A DNA stretch of 64,000 nt from a virus: the IMG/VR virus record IMGVR_UViG_3300038312_000193; one strand, written 5' to 3'. This document shows positions 10,589 through 19,335 of this stretch, in pieces. Every line of letters begins with the position of its first letter. The stretch's first letter is position 1. A program made the position numbers and the translations under genes. The notes under the pieces were generated by a model. That model had not been told where the DNA came from. It searched no databases and saw only the letters and a list, made by a program, of their open reading frames with translations.

Positions 10589-11567
10589 GGAATCTTTATT
10601 GAATGAATTACTACAAAAAGTTTTAGAAGTAAATTCTATAAGTTCTAATATTAATTTAATAGAACTTAAAACACATTTTTCTTCTATATTGTATAAGTAT
10701 AATATAAATTATAAAACTGATAATATAGAAGATATTGATTTATCAAATTACATAAATATGTTTTTATCAATTAAAAAATTGGAAGGATTAAGTGATATTA
10801 CTTTAGATACTTATAAACTAGAACTTAATATATTTAACAAAAATATAAACAAATCATTACCTGCAATTACAAGTAATGATATTAGATTGTATTTATCTAA
10901 ATTTCCAAAATTGAAACAAAGTTCTATTGGAAAGAAAATATATGTTCTTAAATCATTCTTTAAAATTATGGTTAGAGAAGAGGTAATAATAAAAAATCCT
11001 ATGAACAAAATTAACGCTCCCAAAAAAGAAAAAAGATTACCAAAAGCATTATCTGAAGAACAAGTAGAAACACTTAGAGAGAATTGTACAACGTTACGTG
11101 AAAAAGCCATATTCGAGCTTTTTATTGCAACGGGTTGCCGTTTAAATGAGTTGTCTCAATTAAATATTAATGATATAAATTGGAAATATCAATCAATAAA
11201 AGTAATAGGAAAAGGTAATTCTGAAAGAATAGTTTATTTTAATTTTAAAGCAACTCATTATTTAAAAAAATACCTAAATAATAGGAATGATAATTGTGAA
11301 GCTTTATTTGTCACTGAAAGAAAAGAATATAGAAGATTATCCAATAGAGGGATACAAAGAATTTTTAATAATCTTGGAGATAAGGCAAATATAAAATTGC
11401 ACGTTCACAAGTGCCGCCACACATTTGCTTCTAATTTATTAAATTCAGGTGCAGACTTAGCATTAGTTCAAGCAATGTTAGGACATAGTTCTCCTGATAC
11501 CACTCAGGTATATTGTCAATTATCTGAGCAAAGTAAATATGATGGATATAGGCGATATGCTTCATAG
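10587..11567 (+). CDS. XerC/D-like tyrosine recombinase, catalytic residues intact
   Basis: SAM-like N-terminal domain; TGCRLNE (R), GKG (K), HKCRH (HxxR), LGH, TTQVY (Y). Confidence 0.95.
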   Translation: MESLLNELLQKVLEVNSISSNINLIELKTHFSSILYKYNINYKTDNIEDIDLSNYINMFLSIKKLEGLSDITLDTYKLELNIFNKNINKSLPAITSNDIRLYLSKFPKLKQSSIGKKIYVLKSFFKIMVREEVIIKNPMNKINAPKKEKRLPKALSEEQVETLRENCTTLREKAIFELFIATGCRLNELSQLNINDINWKYQSIKVIGKGNSERIVYFNFKATHYLKKYLNNRNDNCEALFVTERKEYRRLSNRGIQRIFNNLGDKANIKLHVHKCRHTFASNLLNSGADLALVQAMLGHSSPDTTQVYCQLSEQSKYDGYRRYAS

Positions 11568-11613
11568 CATTAAAATATTAATATAAATATATAGATTAAT
11601 TTTGATTTATAAT

Positions 11614-11677
11614 ATCGTGATAAAACTTTAATTTGGTGTTGATTTTACCCCTTAGAAACGCCGAAATCTAGGCGTTT
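11614..11677. repeat. 12-6-12 palindromic site plus companion 7-8-7 palindrome next to the recombinase
   Basis: ATCGTGATAAAA-CTTTAA-TTTGGTGTTGAT, 12 bp, AAACGCC-GAAATCTA-GGCGTTT. Confidence 0.75.
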
Positions 11678-11740
11678 ATATTTTTGCAAAAATATACAAT
11701 AATTTGGAAATTTATAAAATTAGAAAGAAAGGGATGATAA

Positions 11741-11884
11741 ATGCTATTTCAAAAATTAACAGAATGGATTGAACAAAAATTGTTGGAACTTATCGATCGT
11801 TATAATGAATTTACTTATGAATGGAGTACAGGATATAAAAAATGTTTAAATGATATTTTAAAGTTTATTAAAACATTAAAATAA
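11741..11884 (+). CDS. Hypothetical 47-aa protein
   Basis: AAAGGGA RBS, open frame MLFQKLTEWIEQK.. Confidence 0.5.
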   Translation: MLFQKLTEWIEQKLLELIDRYNEFTYEWSTGYKKCLNDILKFIKTLK

Positions 11885-11995
11885 ATAGGGTAGAGAACAC
11901 TCCTTCCCCCTACCCTATTGTGTAGATAATCTAAAGGAACAATTTAGACTATCCTTATTAGATTATATCATGCAAGGAGATGATTTGCAAAGGAA

Positions 11996-12448
11996 GTGTT
12001 GTTGTTGGTAAAATCTAATGATTGTGAGCAAATAAAAATATGTGAAAAAGAATTTGATATGTTAGATGAAAAAATCAAGGTCGCGAACCACAGGCTAAAT
12101 GATCTTGAAGGGAAAGTAGATAATTTAAGTTCTATAAATGTAACTTTAGCAGAATTAAAAACTATATCTAAACAACAATTAGAAAGTAATAAGGATCGTG
12201 ATGAATTATTAAAACAACATAGTGATACATTGACTCAAATGAACACTTCTTTAATTAATATGAATCATAAATTTGAAGAGTCAGAAAAAAGTGTTTCTGA
12301 TTTAAAAGGAGAGATAAAAGAAGTTAAGAATGATGTTAAAAATATAAATAAAGATAATACTATTAAAATACCAGATATTATAAAAAATTTAATTATGATG
12401 GGGTTATCTATGGGTTTTGGAGTGTGGATTAGTTCAATATTAAAGTAA
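11996..12448 (+). CDS. Lysis-module coiled-coil protein with C-terminal TM (XhlA/holin-like)
   Basis: Long coiled coil, single C-terminal hydrophobic helix, position. Confidence 0.55.
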   Translation: MLLLVKSNDCEQIKICEKEFDMLDEKIKVANHRLNDLEGKVDNLSSINVTLAELKTISKQQLESNKDRDELLKQHSDTLTQMNTSLINMNHKFEESEKSVSDLKGEIKEVKNDVKNINKDNTIKIPDIIKNLIMMGLSMGFGVWISSILK

Positions 12449-12449
12449 G

Positions 12450-12767
12450 GTGATTTATTTGGGTAAAATAAAACAAAAGGTTTCAAATTGGTGGAACGAT
12501 GGAGTGTCATTTAAAGAGACAATTGCAATGATTCTTATTTTAATTTTTGGTTATTCAGTTTTTATTGCTTGTAAAAAAATGATGATAAAAAGTTTGGATT
12601 ATTTTGATATAGAATTTTATAAAATACTTAGTGCACAAGTAATAATAATCTTGTGTTTTTATTTTGGAGGAAGTTCTGCTGAAAATATTATTAATTGTAT
12701 TTTTAATAAAAGTAAAAAAATAAATTTAAGTAAAAATGTAATTAATGATGAAAATAGTAATATATAA
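12450..12767 (+). CDS. Two-TM holin-like protein
   Basis: Two hydrophobic helices ending in FYFGGSS; basic tail. Confidence 0.55.
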   Translation: MIYLGKIKQKVSNWWNDGVSFKETIAMILILIFGYSVFIACKKMMIKSLDYFDIEFYKILSAQVIIILCFYFGGSSAENIINCIFNKSKKINLSKNVINDENSNI

Positions 12768-12899
12768 GTAATTTTATATTATAAATTATTTTTAAAGAGT
12801 ATTTAAGGAGTAATTAACTTTAGATTAGAATGTTATCTCCCAACATTCTTTACCCTTTATTTTTTATGTTTATTTTTAGGGAGAGAAGGGAGGAATAAA

Positions 12900-13823
12900 A
12901 TGGTTAGGAAAAAGAAATATACTTATGAAGAAGTGAAATATTTTATTGAAATAGAATCTAATAGTGGATGTAAATTAATTAGTGAAGAATATATAAACTC
13001 AAAAAATAAATTAGATATTAGATGTAAATGTGGAAATACATTTCCAAAATCATTTGAAAAATTTAAAATTGGTCAAAGACAATGTAATTTATGTAGTAAT
13101 AAATTAATAAATGAAAAGAAAAAATTGCCATTTATTGAGGTATTTAATTTTGTTAAAAATTGCGGATATGAATTAGTAAGTACTGAATATTATAATAATG
13201 CTACTTCAATAATTATAAAATCAAAAGAAGGGTATTTAATAAAAACTACTTTAATGAGATTGAAAGATCATAAAACTCCTAATATATTTCATAAATCAAA
13301 TCCTTATACAATACAGAATATAAAGTTATGGTGTAAATTGAATAATAAATCATTTGAATTAATTAGTAAAGAATATATTGATGCTCATAAAAAATTAAGA
13401 TGGTTATGTTTAGAAAGTAATTGTGGTAAAGAGTTTTTCGCATCTTGGGGAAAAATTTTTCAAAATCGTAATTGTCCATATTGTAATCAATCTAAAGGCG
13501 AAAAAATAATAGCAAATTATTTAATAAATAATAATATAAATTATACACCTCAAAAAGAATTTGAAAGTTTGGTAGGAATAAAAAATGGTAATCTTTCTTA
13601 TGATTTTTATTTACTAGATTATAATTTATTAATTGAATACCAAGGAGAATTTCATGATGGAAGTGCAGGAGTATATACTCGAAGAAATTTAAAACGTCAA
13701 AAAGAACATGATAGACGTAAAAAAGATTATGCGCAAAATCATAATATAAAACTATTTGAAATATGGTATTGGGATTTTGATAATATTGAAGAAATTCTAG
13801 ATGGTATTTTAATTAATAAGTAG
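12900..13823 (+). CDS. Free-standing Zn-finger PD-(D/E)XK putative homing endonuclease
   Basis: CxxC repeats; SKGE..I, YDFYL, LIEYQGEFH, IWYWDFDNIEEIL. Confidence 0.8.
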   Translation: MVRKKKYTYEEVKYFIEIESNSGCKLISEEYINSKNKLDIRCKCGNTFPKSFEKFKIGQRQCNLCSNKLINEKKKLPFIEVFNFVKNCGYELVSTEYYNNATSIIIKSKEGYLIKTTLMRLKDHKTPNIFHKSNPYTIQNIKLWCKLNNKSFELISKEYIDAHKKLRWLCLESNCGKEFFASWGKIFQNRNCPYCNQSKGEKIIANYLINNNINYTPQKEFESLVGIKNGNLSYDFYLLDYNLLIEYQGEFHDGSAGVYTRRNLKRQKEHDRRKKDYAQNHNIKLFEIWYWDFDNIEEILDGILINK

Positions 13824-13905
13824 GTGAATTATTTAGATGAAATAAAGAAATTCAATTAAAAATGTAATTGATAATGAAGATAATAATAAAGAAGGTGAAT
13901 TATTA

Positions 13906-14817
13906 GTGTATAAAGTTGATATAATTCCTGGGCATGGCGGCGGTGATCCTGGTGCTTGTGGAAGTAAAGGCATTAGAGAATGTGATGGTACTCTAGCGGT
14001 TGCTTTAAAATTAGCATATTTATTAAATATAAATGGAATAAAATCAAATTTAAGTAGAAATACAAATATTGCTTGTGGTGGGGCAAAAAATACCAAGCAA
14101 GATGTTAATAACCAAATTGCATTTAGCAATAATTCTAATGCGGATATTGCTATATCAATTCATTTTAATTCCGCTGTAAATAAAACTGCTCATGGAGTTG
14201 AAAGTTTATATTCGCAATATAATGGATTGCTAAATAATAATATAAAATTAGCAGAATTATTAGTAAATGAAGTAGTAAATGCTACAGGATTAACTAATAG
14301 GGGTAGTAAAAATGTTGGTAAATCTATTGGAGTAGTTAGAGCAATTAAGAAACCTGTATCTTTAATTGAATGTGCTTTTATATCTAATCCTGATGAAGAA
14401 ATATGGGTTTATGATGATGCACATCAATTAGTTTTAGCAAAAGCAATTTGTAAAGCTATATGTAAATATTTTGGTGTTGAATATAAAGAACATGGAGGAG
14501 ATGAAGAAGATTTGATAGAAGCAAAAGTAAAAATTGCTGATAAACAATTAAATGCTTATTTAATTAATGACAAAACATATGTTGAACTTCGTAGTCTTTG
14601 TGATTTTATTAATAGATCAATTGAGTGGGATAATAAAACTTCAACCGCGACAGTAAGTAAAGAAAATTTTCCTAAAGTAAATATTGAAGTTGAAAATACA
14701 AAAATAAATGGAATTCTTATTGAAGATAAAACATTTGGTAGTTTAAGAGAAATTGCGGAAGCACTTGGGAAAAAAGTTGAGTGGGTGAACGAAACTAAAA
14801 CTGCAATTGTAAAGTAG
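13906..14817 (+). CDS. Endolysin, N-acetylmuramoyl-L-alanine amidase (Amidase_3) with stalk-like C-terminal repeats
   Basis: PGHGGGDPGA, E, SIHFNS, LIECAFISN motifs. Confidence 0.92.
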   Translation: MYKVDIIPGHGGGDPGACGSKGIRECDGTLAVALKLAYLLNINGIKSNLSRNTNIACGGAKNTKQDVNNQIAFSNNSNADIAISIHFNSAVNKTAHGVESLYSQYNGLLNNNIKLAELLVNEVVNATGLTNRGSKNVGKSIGVVRAIKKPVSLIECAFISNPDEEIWVYDDAHQLVLAKAICKAICKYFGVEYKEHGGDEEDLIEAKVKIADKQLNAYLINDKTYVELRSLCDFINRSIEWDNKTSTATVSKENFPKVNIEVENTKINGILIEDKTFGSLREIAEALGKKVEWVNETKTAIVK

Positions 14818-14933
14818 GTGATATTATGTTGGAACGATGGAAGTTGTTTTCGGGTTAGTAATATGGTTATTAGGGATAATTATATTTTGTTTGAGTAATA
14901 GATTATAAATATAATATAAAAAGGAGGTACTAT

Positions 14934-15287
14934 ATGTATCAAGATTTAATTATAAAAATTATTAGTGACATTGTTTATGTTCTTGCGTTAGTTTTTATTA
15001 GTTATGGGATTGCTTTAATTAAGAAAAAGATTGGGACTGAAAAAATAACTAAGATTGAGCAAGAATTAAGATTAAAACAAGGTTTAGCATATGATGCTGT
15101 AAAATTTGTTGAACAGGCATATGTTGATTTACATGGGAAAGATAAATTAGAACAAGCTGTAAATTGGGTTTGTGATAGATTGCATGAAAAAGGTATTGAA
15201 ATAAATGAAGATGAGATTGAAGGATTAGTTGAGAGTGCTTTGAGGGGTATTAAAGATGCCTATGGTGAGAATTGGGTTGCGAAATAA
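14934..15287 (+). CDS. Phage holin, LL-H family
   Basis: N-terminal TM; AVKFVEQ...G..KLEQA...IEGLVESA. Confidence 0.8.
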   Translation: MYQDLIIKIISDIVYVLALVFISYGIALIKKKIGTEKITKIEQELRLKQGLAYDAVKFVEQAYVDLHGKDKLEQAVNWVCDRLHEKGIEINEDEIEGLVESALRGIKDAYGENWVAK

Positions 15288-15289
15288 GA

Positions 15290-15319
15290 AATTAGTATAA
15301 ACAAGTAATTTGTCATGAT
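15290..15319. repeat. 12-6-12 site at end of lysis module
   Basis: AATTAGTATAAA-CAAGTA-ATTTGTCATGAT. Confidence 0.5.
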
Positions 15320-15571
15320 TTTTGGTTTGAAAAACAGAGTAAATGGAAGCAAATCGAAGAAAAACGGAGTTTGTAAAAAGTTAATTTTAGTATTTTATAA
15401 TAAATGGTTTATTAATAATAAATTTATAGGAGTGGTTAATTTCATTCCTTTTTATTTTTATTGAAAGTTAAATAAGTTATCAACTTTATAGGGGTATTCA
15501 GAGAGGTAATTGGCTCTGAATTGAAATGCTTATTTCCCTTTAAGTATTTCTTTATTCTCTACTTAAAATTA

Positions 15572-15637
15572 ATAAGGATTCCATATTGGGATTTTGATAA
15601 TATTGAAGATATTTTAAAAAATGAATTATTAATATAA
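15572..15637 (+). pseudogene. C-terminal remnant of a PD-(D/E)XK homing endonuclease
   Basis: Translates IRIPYWDFDNIEDILKNELLI*, matching the C-termini of ORFs 12900 and 33173. Confidence 0.75.
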
Positions 15638-15647
15638 AAATAATTTA

Positions 15648-15685
15648 AGGTAGTAGTATTTTTTATATACTACTACCTATTTTTT
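15648..15685. terminator. Terminator at the strand switch (probably bidirectional)
   Basis: AGGTAGTAGTAT...ATACTACTACCT hairpin followed by a T-run. Confidence 0.7.
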
Positions 15686-15687
15686 CA

Positions 15688-15774
15688 TGGTGCAGGGCGA
15701 GGGACTTGAACCCTCACTCTCAAATGAGAACTACCCCCTCAAAGTAGCGTGTCTGCCTGTTCCACCAGCCCTGC
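15688..15774 (-). tRNA. tRNA-Leu(GAG)
   Basis: GCAGGGC/GCCCTGC acceptor with encoded ACCA, GGTTCAAGTCC T-arm, anticodon loop TT-GAG-GG, long variable arm. Confidence 0.93.
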
Positions 15775-15779
15775 GAGTA

Positions 15780-17504
15780 TTATGCTATCATTATAGCATA
15801 TTTATTGAATTTTAATAGCCATGAGATAACGTCATCACAAGATGGTGTTATCTCATGGCAATAATTAAAAGGTTTTTCCCATTCAATTTCTAACCATAAT
15901 TTTTCAGGATTTTCTTTATCTCTATTAACAATAATTTTATTTATAAGAAGTGACACATCTATATTAGTTAATTCTCCTGTTTCAATTATATTTTCTAAAA
16001 TTTCTATGGTTTTTAATATCCCTTTTTTTGATTTATTATTAATTTCTTGAAGATTATCTATTTCATTTAATTGTTCTTCAAGTCTTAATTGAGTGGTTTT
16101 TGTGTCTTTAACTAAATCTTTAAAAATATCTTCATCAATTAAACCTTTAGCAAGTTGTTGAGAATAACTTTTAAGTTCATCTTTACATTCCGCTAATTGG
16201 ATATTAATTTTATTTTTTAAAGAATCATAATTATGTTTTTTATCAAGGTTTTCTTTAATTTTTTCATCAACCATTTTTAAAGTTTCTTTAGCAGTTTCTT
16301 TTAATTTATCAACTTGATCTAATATAGTTTTGTCAATATCTGTTTCCAAAATTTGATGTGTTTCACATTCGTTTTTACCATATCTAAAATAGGTTGAACA
16401 AATATAACATATAGGATTATCAGGATTATGACCAATATTCCTTTTAATAAATCCTTTTCCACAATTCCCACATTTCAAAATACCTGCATATTTATAAATC
16501 TTTCCATTCCCTGCTCTCACACTATTACTATTCCTTTTATTTAAAATAGTTTGTGCTAAATTAAAAGTATCTTTATCTATAATTGGTGGGAAAAAATTTT
16601 CATGAATACAATATTCAGATGGATCAGTATTTCTTCTTCCACCTTTTATCATAGTTCTTTGTGTAGTTCCGCATACTAATGTGCCTATATAACATTTGTT
16701 GGTGATTATTCTTTTTATCCCAATTTCACTCCATAAATGTTCATATTGAACATCAGTTTTAGCATTAATTCTATTAAATTTTTGTTTCTTATATAAAGAT
16801 GGAGTAATAACATTTTTTTCATTTAAATGATTTGCTATCTTTCTAAAACCATATCCATTGATATATAAATCAAATATTAGTTTAATTATCCATTCTACTT
16901 CTTCATCAATTATCCACTTATATTTGTCGTTTTCATTAGGATTTTTTATATATCCGAAAGATGGCACAATTACTAAACCGTCCTTTCTTTGTTTGGTTTT
17001 TATAGCACTTCTAATTTTTTTGCTTATATCCTTTATATAAAGTTCATTATACCATGTCTTAATTCCTATAATAGATTCATTTTGATCGTTTTTAGTATCT
17101 ACTGAATCATTGATTGCTATTAATCTTTTTTCATGAGATATAATCCATTCCAAAAATAATAAAGTTAAAGCATTATGTCTTCCAATTCTTGATAAGTCTT
17201 TTGCTATAATACCATATGCTTCGCTGTTTTCTAGTTTATCTTTAATAAGATTAAATCCAGGTCTATCAAACTTATAACCAGTAAAATTATCATCGATAAA
17301 TATACCTTTTAATTCTACTTGATTTATAACTGCCCAATCTTGAATTAAATCAATTTGAGTATTAATAGAATCTTTTTTAACATTGTCTTCATCTCTTGAA
17401 AGTCTAACATAACCATAAAAGACGCCAAGATATTTATTATTGGGTGTAGAAGGTTTAATATTACATTCAATATAATTTGAATTGATTTGCTCTTTTGTTG
17501 CCAT
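15780..17504 (-). CDS. Large serine recombinase (phage integrase)
   Basis: YVRLS catalytic motif, DRPGF, DLSRIGR, recombinase domain, Zn ribbon CGNC..YIC..C, coiled coil; AGAGGAG RBS favours ATG 17504. Confidence 0.95.
   Translation of the reverse strand: MATKEQINSNYIECNIKPSTPNNKYLGVFYGYVRLSRDEDNVKKDSINTQIDLIQDWAVINQVELKGIFIDDNFTGYKFDRPGFNLIKDKLENSEAYGIIAKDLSRIGRHNALTLLFLEWIISHEKRLIAINDSVDTKNDQNESIIGIKTWYNELYIKDISKKIRSAIKTKQRKDGLVIVPSFGYIKNPNENDKYKWIIDEEVEWIIKLIFDLYINGYGFRKIANHLNEKNVITPSLYKKQKFNRINAKTDVQYEHLWSEIGIKRIITNKCYIGTLVCGTTQRTMIKGGRRNTDPSEYCIHENFFPPIIDKDTFNLAQTILNKRNSNSVRAGNGKIYKYAGILKCGNCGKGFIKRNIGHNPDNPICYICSTYFRYGKNECETHQILETDIDKTILDQVDKLKETAKETLKMVDEKIKENLDKKHNYDSLKNKINIQLAECKDELKSYSQQLAKGLIDEDIFKDLVKDTKTTQLRLEEQLNEIDNLQEINNKSKKGILKTIEILENIIETGELTNIDVSLLINKIIVNRDKENPEKLWLEIEWEKPFNYCHEITPSCDDVISWLLKFNKYAIMIA
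15818..15859. repeat. 42-bp inverted repeat, candidate attP inside the integrase 3' end
   Basis: GCCATGAGATAAC-GTCATCACAAGATGGT-GTTATCTCATGGC. Confidence 0.6.
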
Positions 17505-17528
17505 ACATTCAACTCCTCTAATAGATAA

Positions 17529-17561
17529 ATGAGATAACACATAATTTATGTTATCTCATGG
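17529..17561. repeat. Second copy of the integrase inverted repeat upstream of its RBS
   Basis: ATGAGATAAC-ACATAATTTAT-GTTATCTCAT. Confidence 0.65.
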
Positions 17562-17568
17562 TATGCTT

Positions 17569-17751
17569 TTAGTCAATATATTTATTTGTTTTTAAATAAT
17601 TATGGCATAAACCATATAAAACATTTTCTATTTTTACATCGTTATTATATTTATGAATCACTTTTGAAATATTTGAACCTTCATAATACGTTGTACGTGT
17701 TTGATTTTCTTTATCTTCTATAGTTTGAATTTCTTTAAGTTTACTTATCAT
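17569..17751 (-). CDS. Small protein upstream of integrase (possible directionality factor)
   Basis: AGGAG RBS; function inferred from position only. Confidence 0.4.
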   Translation of the reverse strand: MISKLKEIQTIEDKENQTRTTYYEGSNISKVIHKYNNDVKIENVLYGLCHNYLKTNKYID

Positions 17752-17780
17752 ATGTATTCTCCTATAAATTTATATTATCA

Positions 17781-18206
17781 TTATGATACATGTTTCCAAC
17801 TCTTACCTGTTTTGATATCTGAGATAGTAGAGTGACTCATATCATATAATCTTGCTATTGTCCTTACACCCATTCCTTTTTCTAAATAATCTTTTATTAT
17901 CTCTACATCCTTTTCGGTTAATTTAGATGTCTTAACTTGACTTCCTCTTAATTTTGGCGCATCTTTTAATTTTTGTTTTGTTTCTTCTGATATTTTTCCT
18001 TTTCTTTCAATACCATGTTCTCTTGAGTGTTCACTTCGTGATTTCAATTCTAGATTTTCTATTCTATTGTCATATGTATCACCGTTTATATGATGGACTA
18101 CTTCATTAAACTCTAGTTTTCTTCCAAGATATTGCTCCATTATGTAACGATGTTCATCTATTGTTTCATCACTTGATAATCTTATTCTCTTATATTTACT
18201 TGCTAT
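17781..18206 (-). CDS. HNH endonuclease with C-terminal HTH (probable ATA start)
   Basis: EHRYIME..LGR.L...EVVHHINGD..DNRIENLE; frame open to ATA 18206 after GAAAGGA. Confidence 0.85.
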   Translation of the reverse strand: MASKYKRIRLSSDETIDEHRYIMEQYLGRKLEFNEVVHHINGDTYDNRIENLELKSRSEHSREHGIERKGKISEETKQKLKDAPKLRGSQVKTSKLTEKDVEIIKDYLEKGMGVRTIARLYDMSHSTISDIKTGKSWKHVS

Positions 18207-18238
18207 AATATATCTTTCCTTTCTATATATTTATATTA

Positions 18239-18802
18239 CTATTTTAATAACCCTCCCCTTATCTCACTCCATGTTTCATAATATTCCCCTGTCCACTCTC
18301 TGTTCCAATCAAATTTCTTACCGTACAGTATCTTTCGTTCAGCATTTGAACTATCAAGATTACTTTTTACATCATCGATAAAAACCGATCCTTTATACCC
18401 CATCTGGACAATGCCCTTATCCATTTTAATTCCTTGATTAGTTAGTAAAATAGCATCTTTAATATAAGGCATATTATTTTTTATCCATTGTGATTTTAAA
18501 GATATATTATTAAAACATCCAATAGAACATATAATAATTTGATATTTATTAGTTAATTCTTTAATTACTTCTTCTGCATTTGGCATAAATTTAAGATTTT
18601 TAAAAAATAATGGATGACTAAATATGTATAAAGGACTTTCTACAAGAGGACATTGAGTCTTAAAATCCCATTCTTGATTTTTAGTATGGTCAGCAGGTAT
18701 AAAATCTGGAGTAAATCTATTAATTTCATTGTAGGTTTCGCAATATGCTAAAACTGAATCAGTAATAACACTATCAAAATCCAAAAATAGTTTTGATTTC
18801 AT
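18239..18802 (-). CDS. HAD-family 5'(3')-deoxyribonucleotidase
   Basis: LFLDFDSVI motif I, FIDD motif. Confidence 0.8.
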   Translation of the reverse strand: MKSKLFLDFDSVITDSVLAYCETYNEINRFTPDFIPADHTKNQEWDFKTQCPLVESPLYIFSHPLFFKNLKFMPNAEEVIKELTNKYQIIICSIGCFNNISLKSQWIKNNMPYIKDAILLTNQGIKMDKGIVQMGYKGSVFIDDVKSNLDSSNAERKILYGKKFDWNREWTGEYYETWSEIRGGLLK

Positions 18803-19333
18803 TTATACCTCCAACCATGCAACAAATTTATCAATTTCTAATTTAAGTTCGTTTATTCCAAAATCATTATGTATATAATAATCAAATTCATAATTATCTA
18901 AAGCAGTTTCAGAAGGATGATTTAATTGCTCTGAAGTTAAACTACTTATAAAATTATCTCTTATTACTTTTACTGTAATATTAGACCAATTATCAATTTT
19001 CCATATTCTACATTCATTAGGAAATCTACAGTCTGGTATTAAGACATAATTCCATTCATCTTGGAACATAGTTAAAAATTCTTTAACAAAATTAACCCAA
19101 TAATCAGGATTTTTTGCTCTTATTACATCAGTACCTATATATTGAAGTATCTGTCTACCTTTCTCATCTTTTAATCCATTCCAATTAAAAAACTGTTTAG
19201 CTTCATATTTTAATAAATCTGCATAATGAGTTAATAATACTTTTTTATTTTTTGATTCTAATTTTTCTTTTAAAATTAATGCCGTTGTATCTTTACCATG
19301 TTGTGCTTTACCTGATATATTAATTATTTTCAT
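18803..19333 (-). CDS. Deoxynucleoside monophosphate kinase
   Basis: ISGKAQHGKDT P-loop, RQILQYIGTD, DCRFPNE, HPSE. Confidence 0.8.
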   Translation of the reverse strand: MKIINISGKAQHGKDTTALILKEKLESKNKKVLLTHYADLLKYEAKQFFNWNGLKDEKGRQILQYIGTDVIRAKNPDYWVNFVKEFLTMFQDEWNYVLIPDCRFPNECRIWKIDNWSNITVKVIRDNFISSLTSEQLNHPSETALDNYEFDYYIHNDFGINELKLEIDKFVAWLEV

Positions 19334-19335
19334 AT

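Noticed and set aside
6177-11567. Tail-fibre shufflon driven by the tyrosine recombinase
   Set aside because: No inverted silent fibre cassettes or repeated crossover sites were seen around the fibre genes
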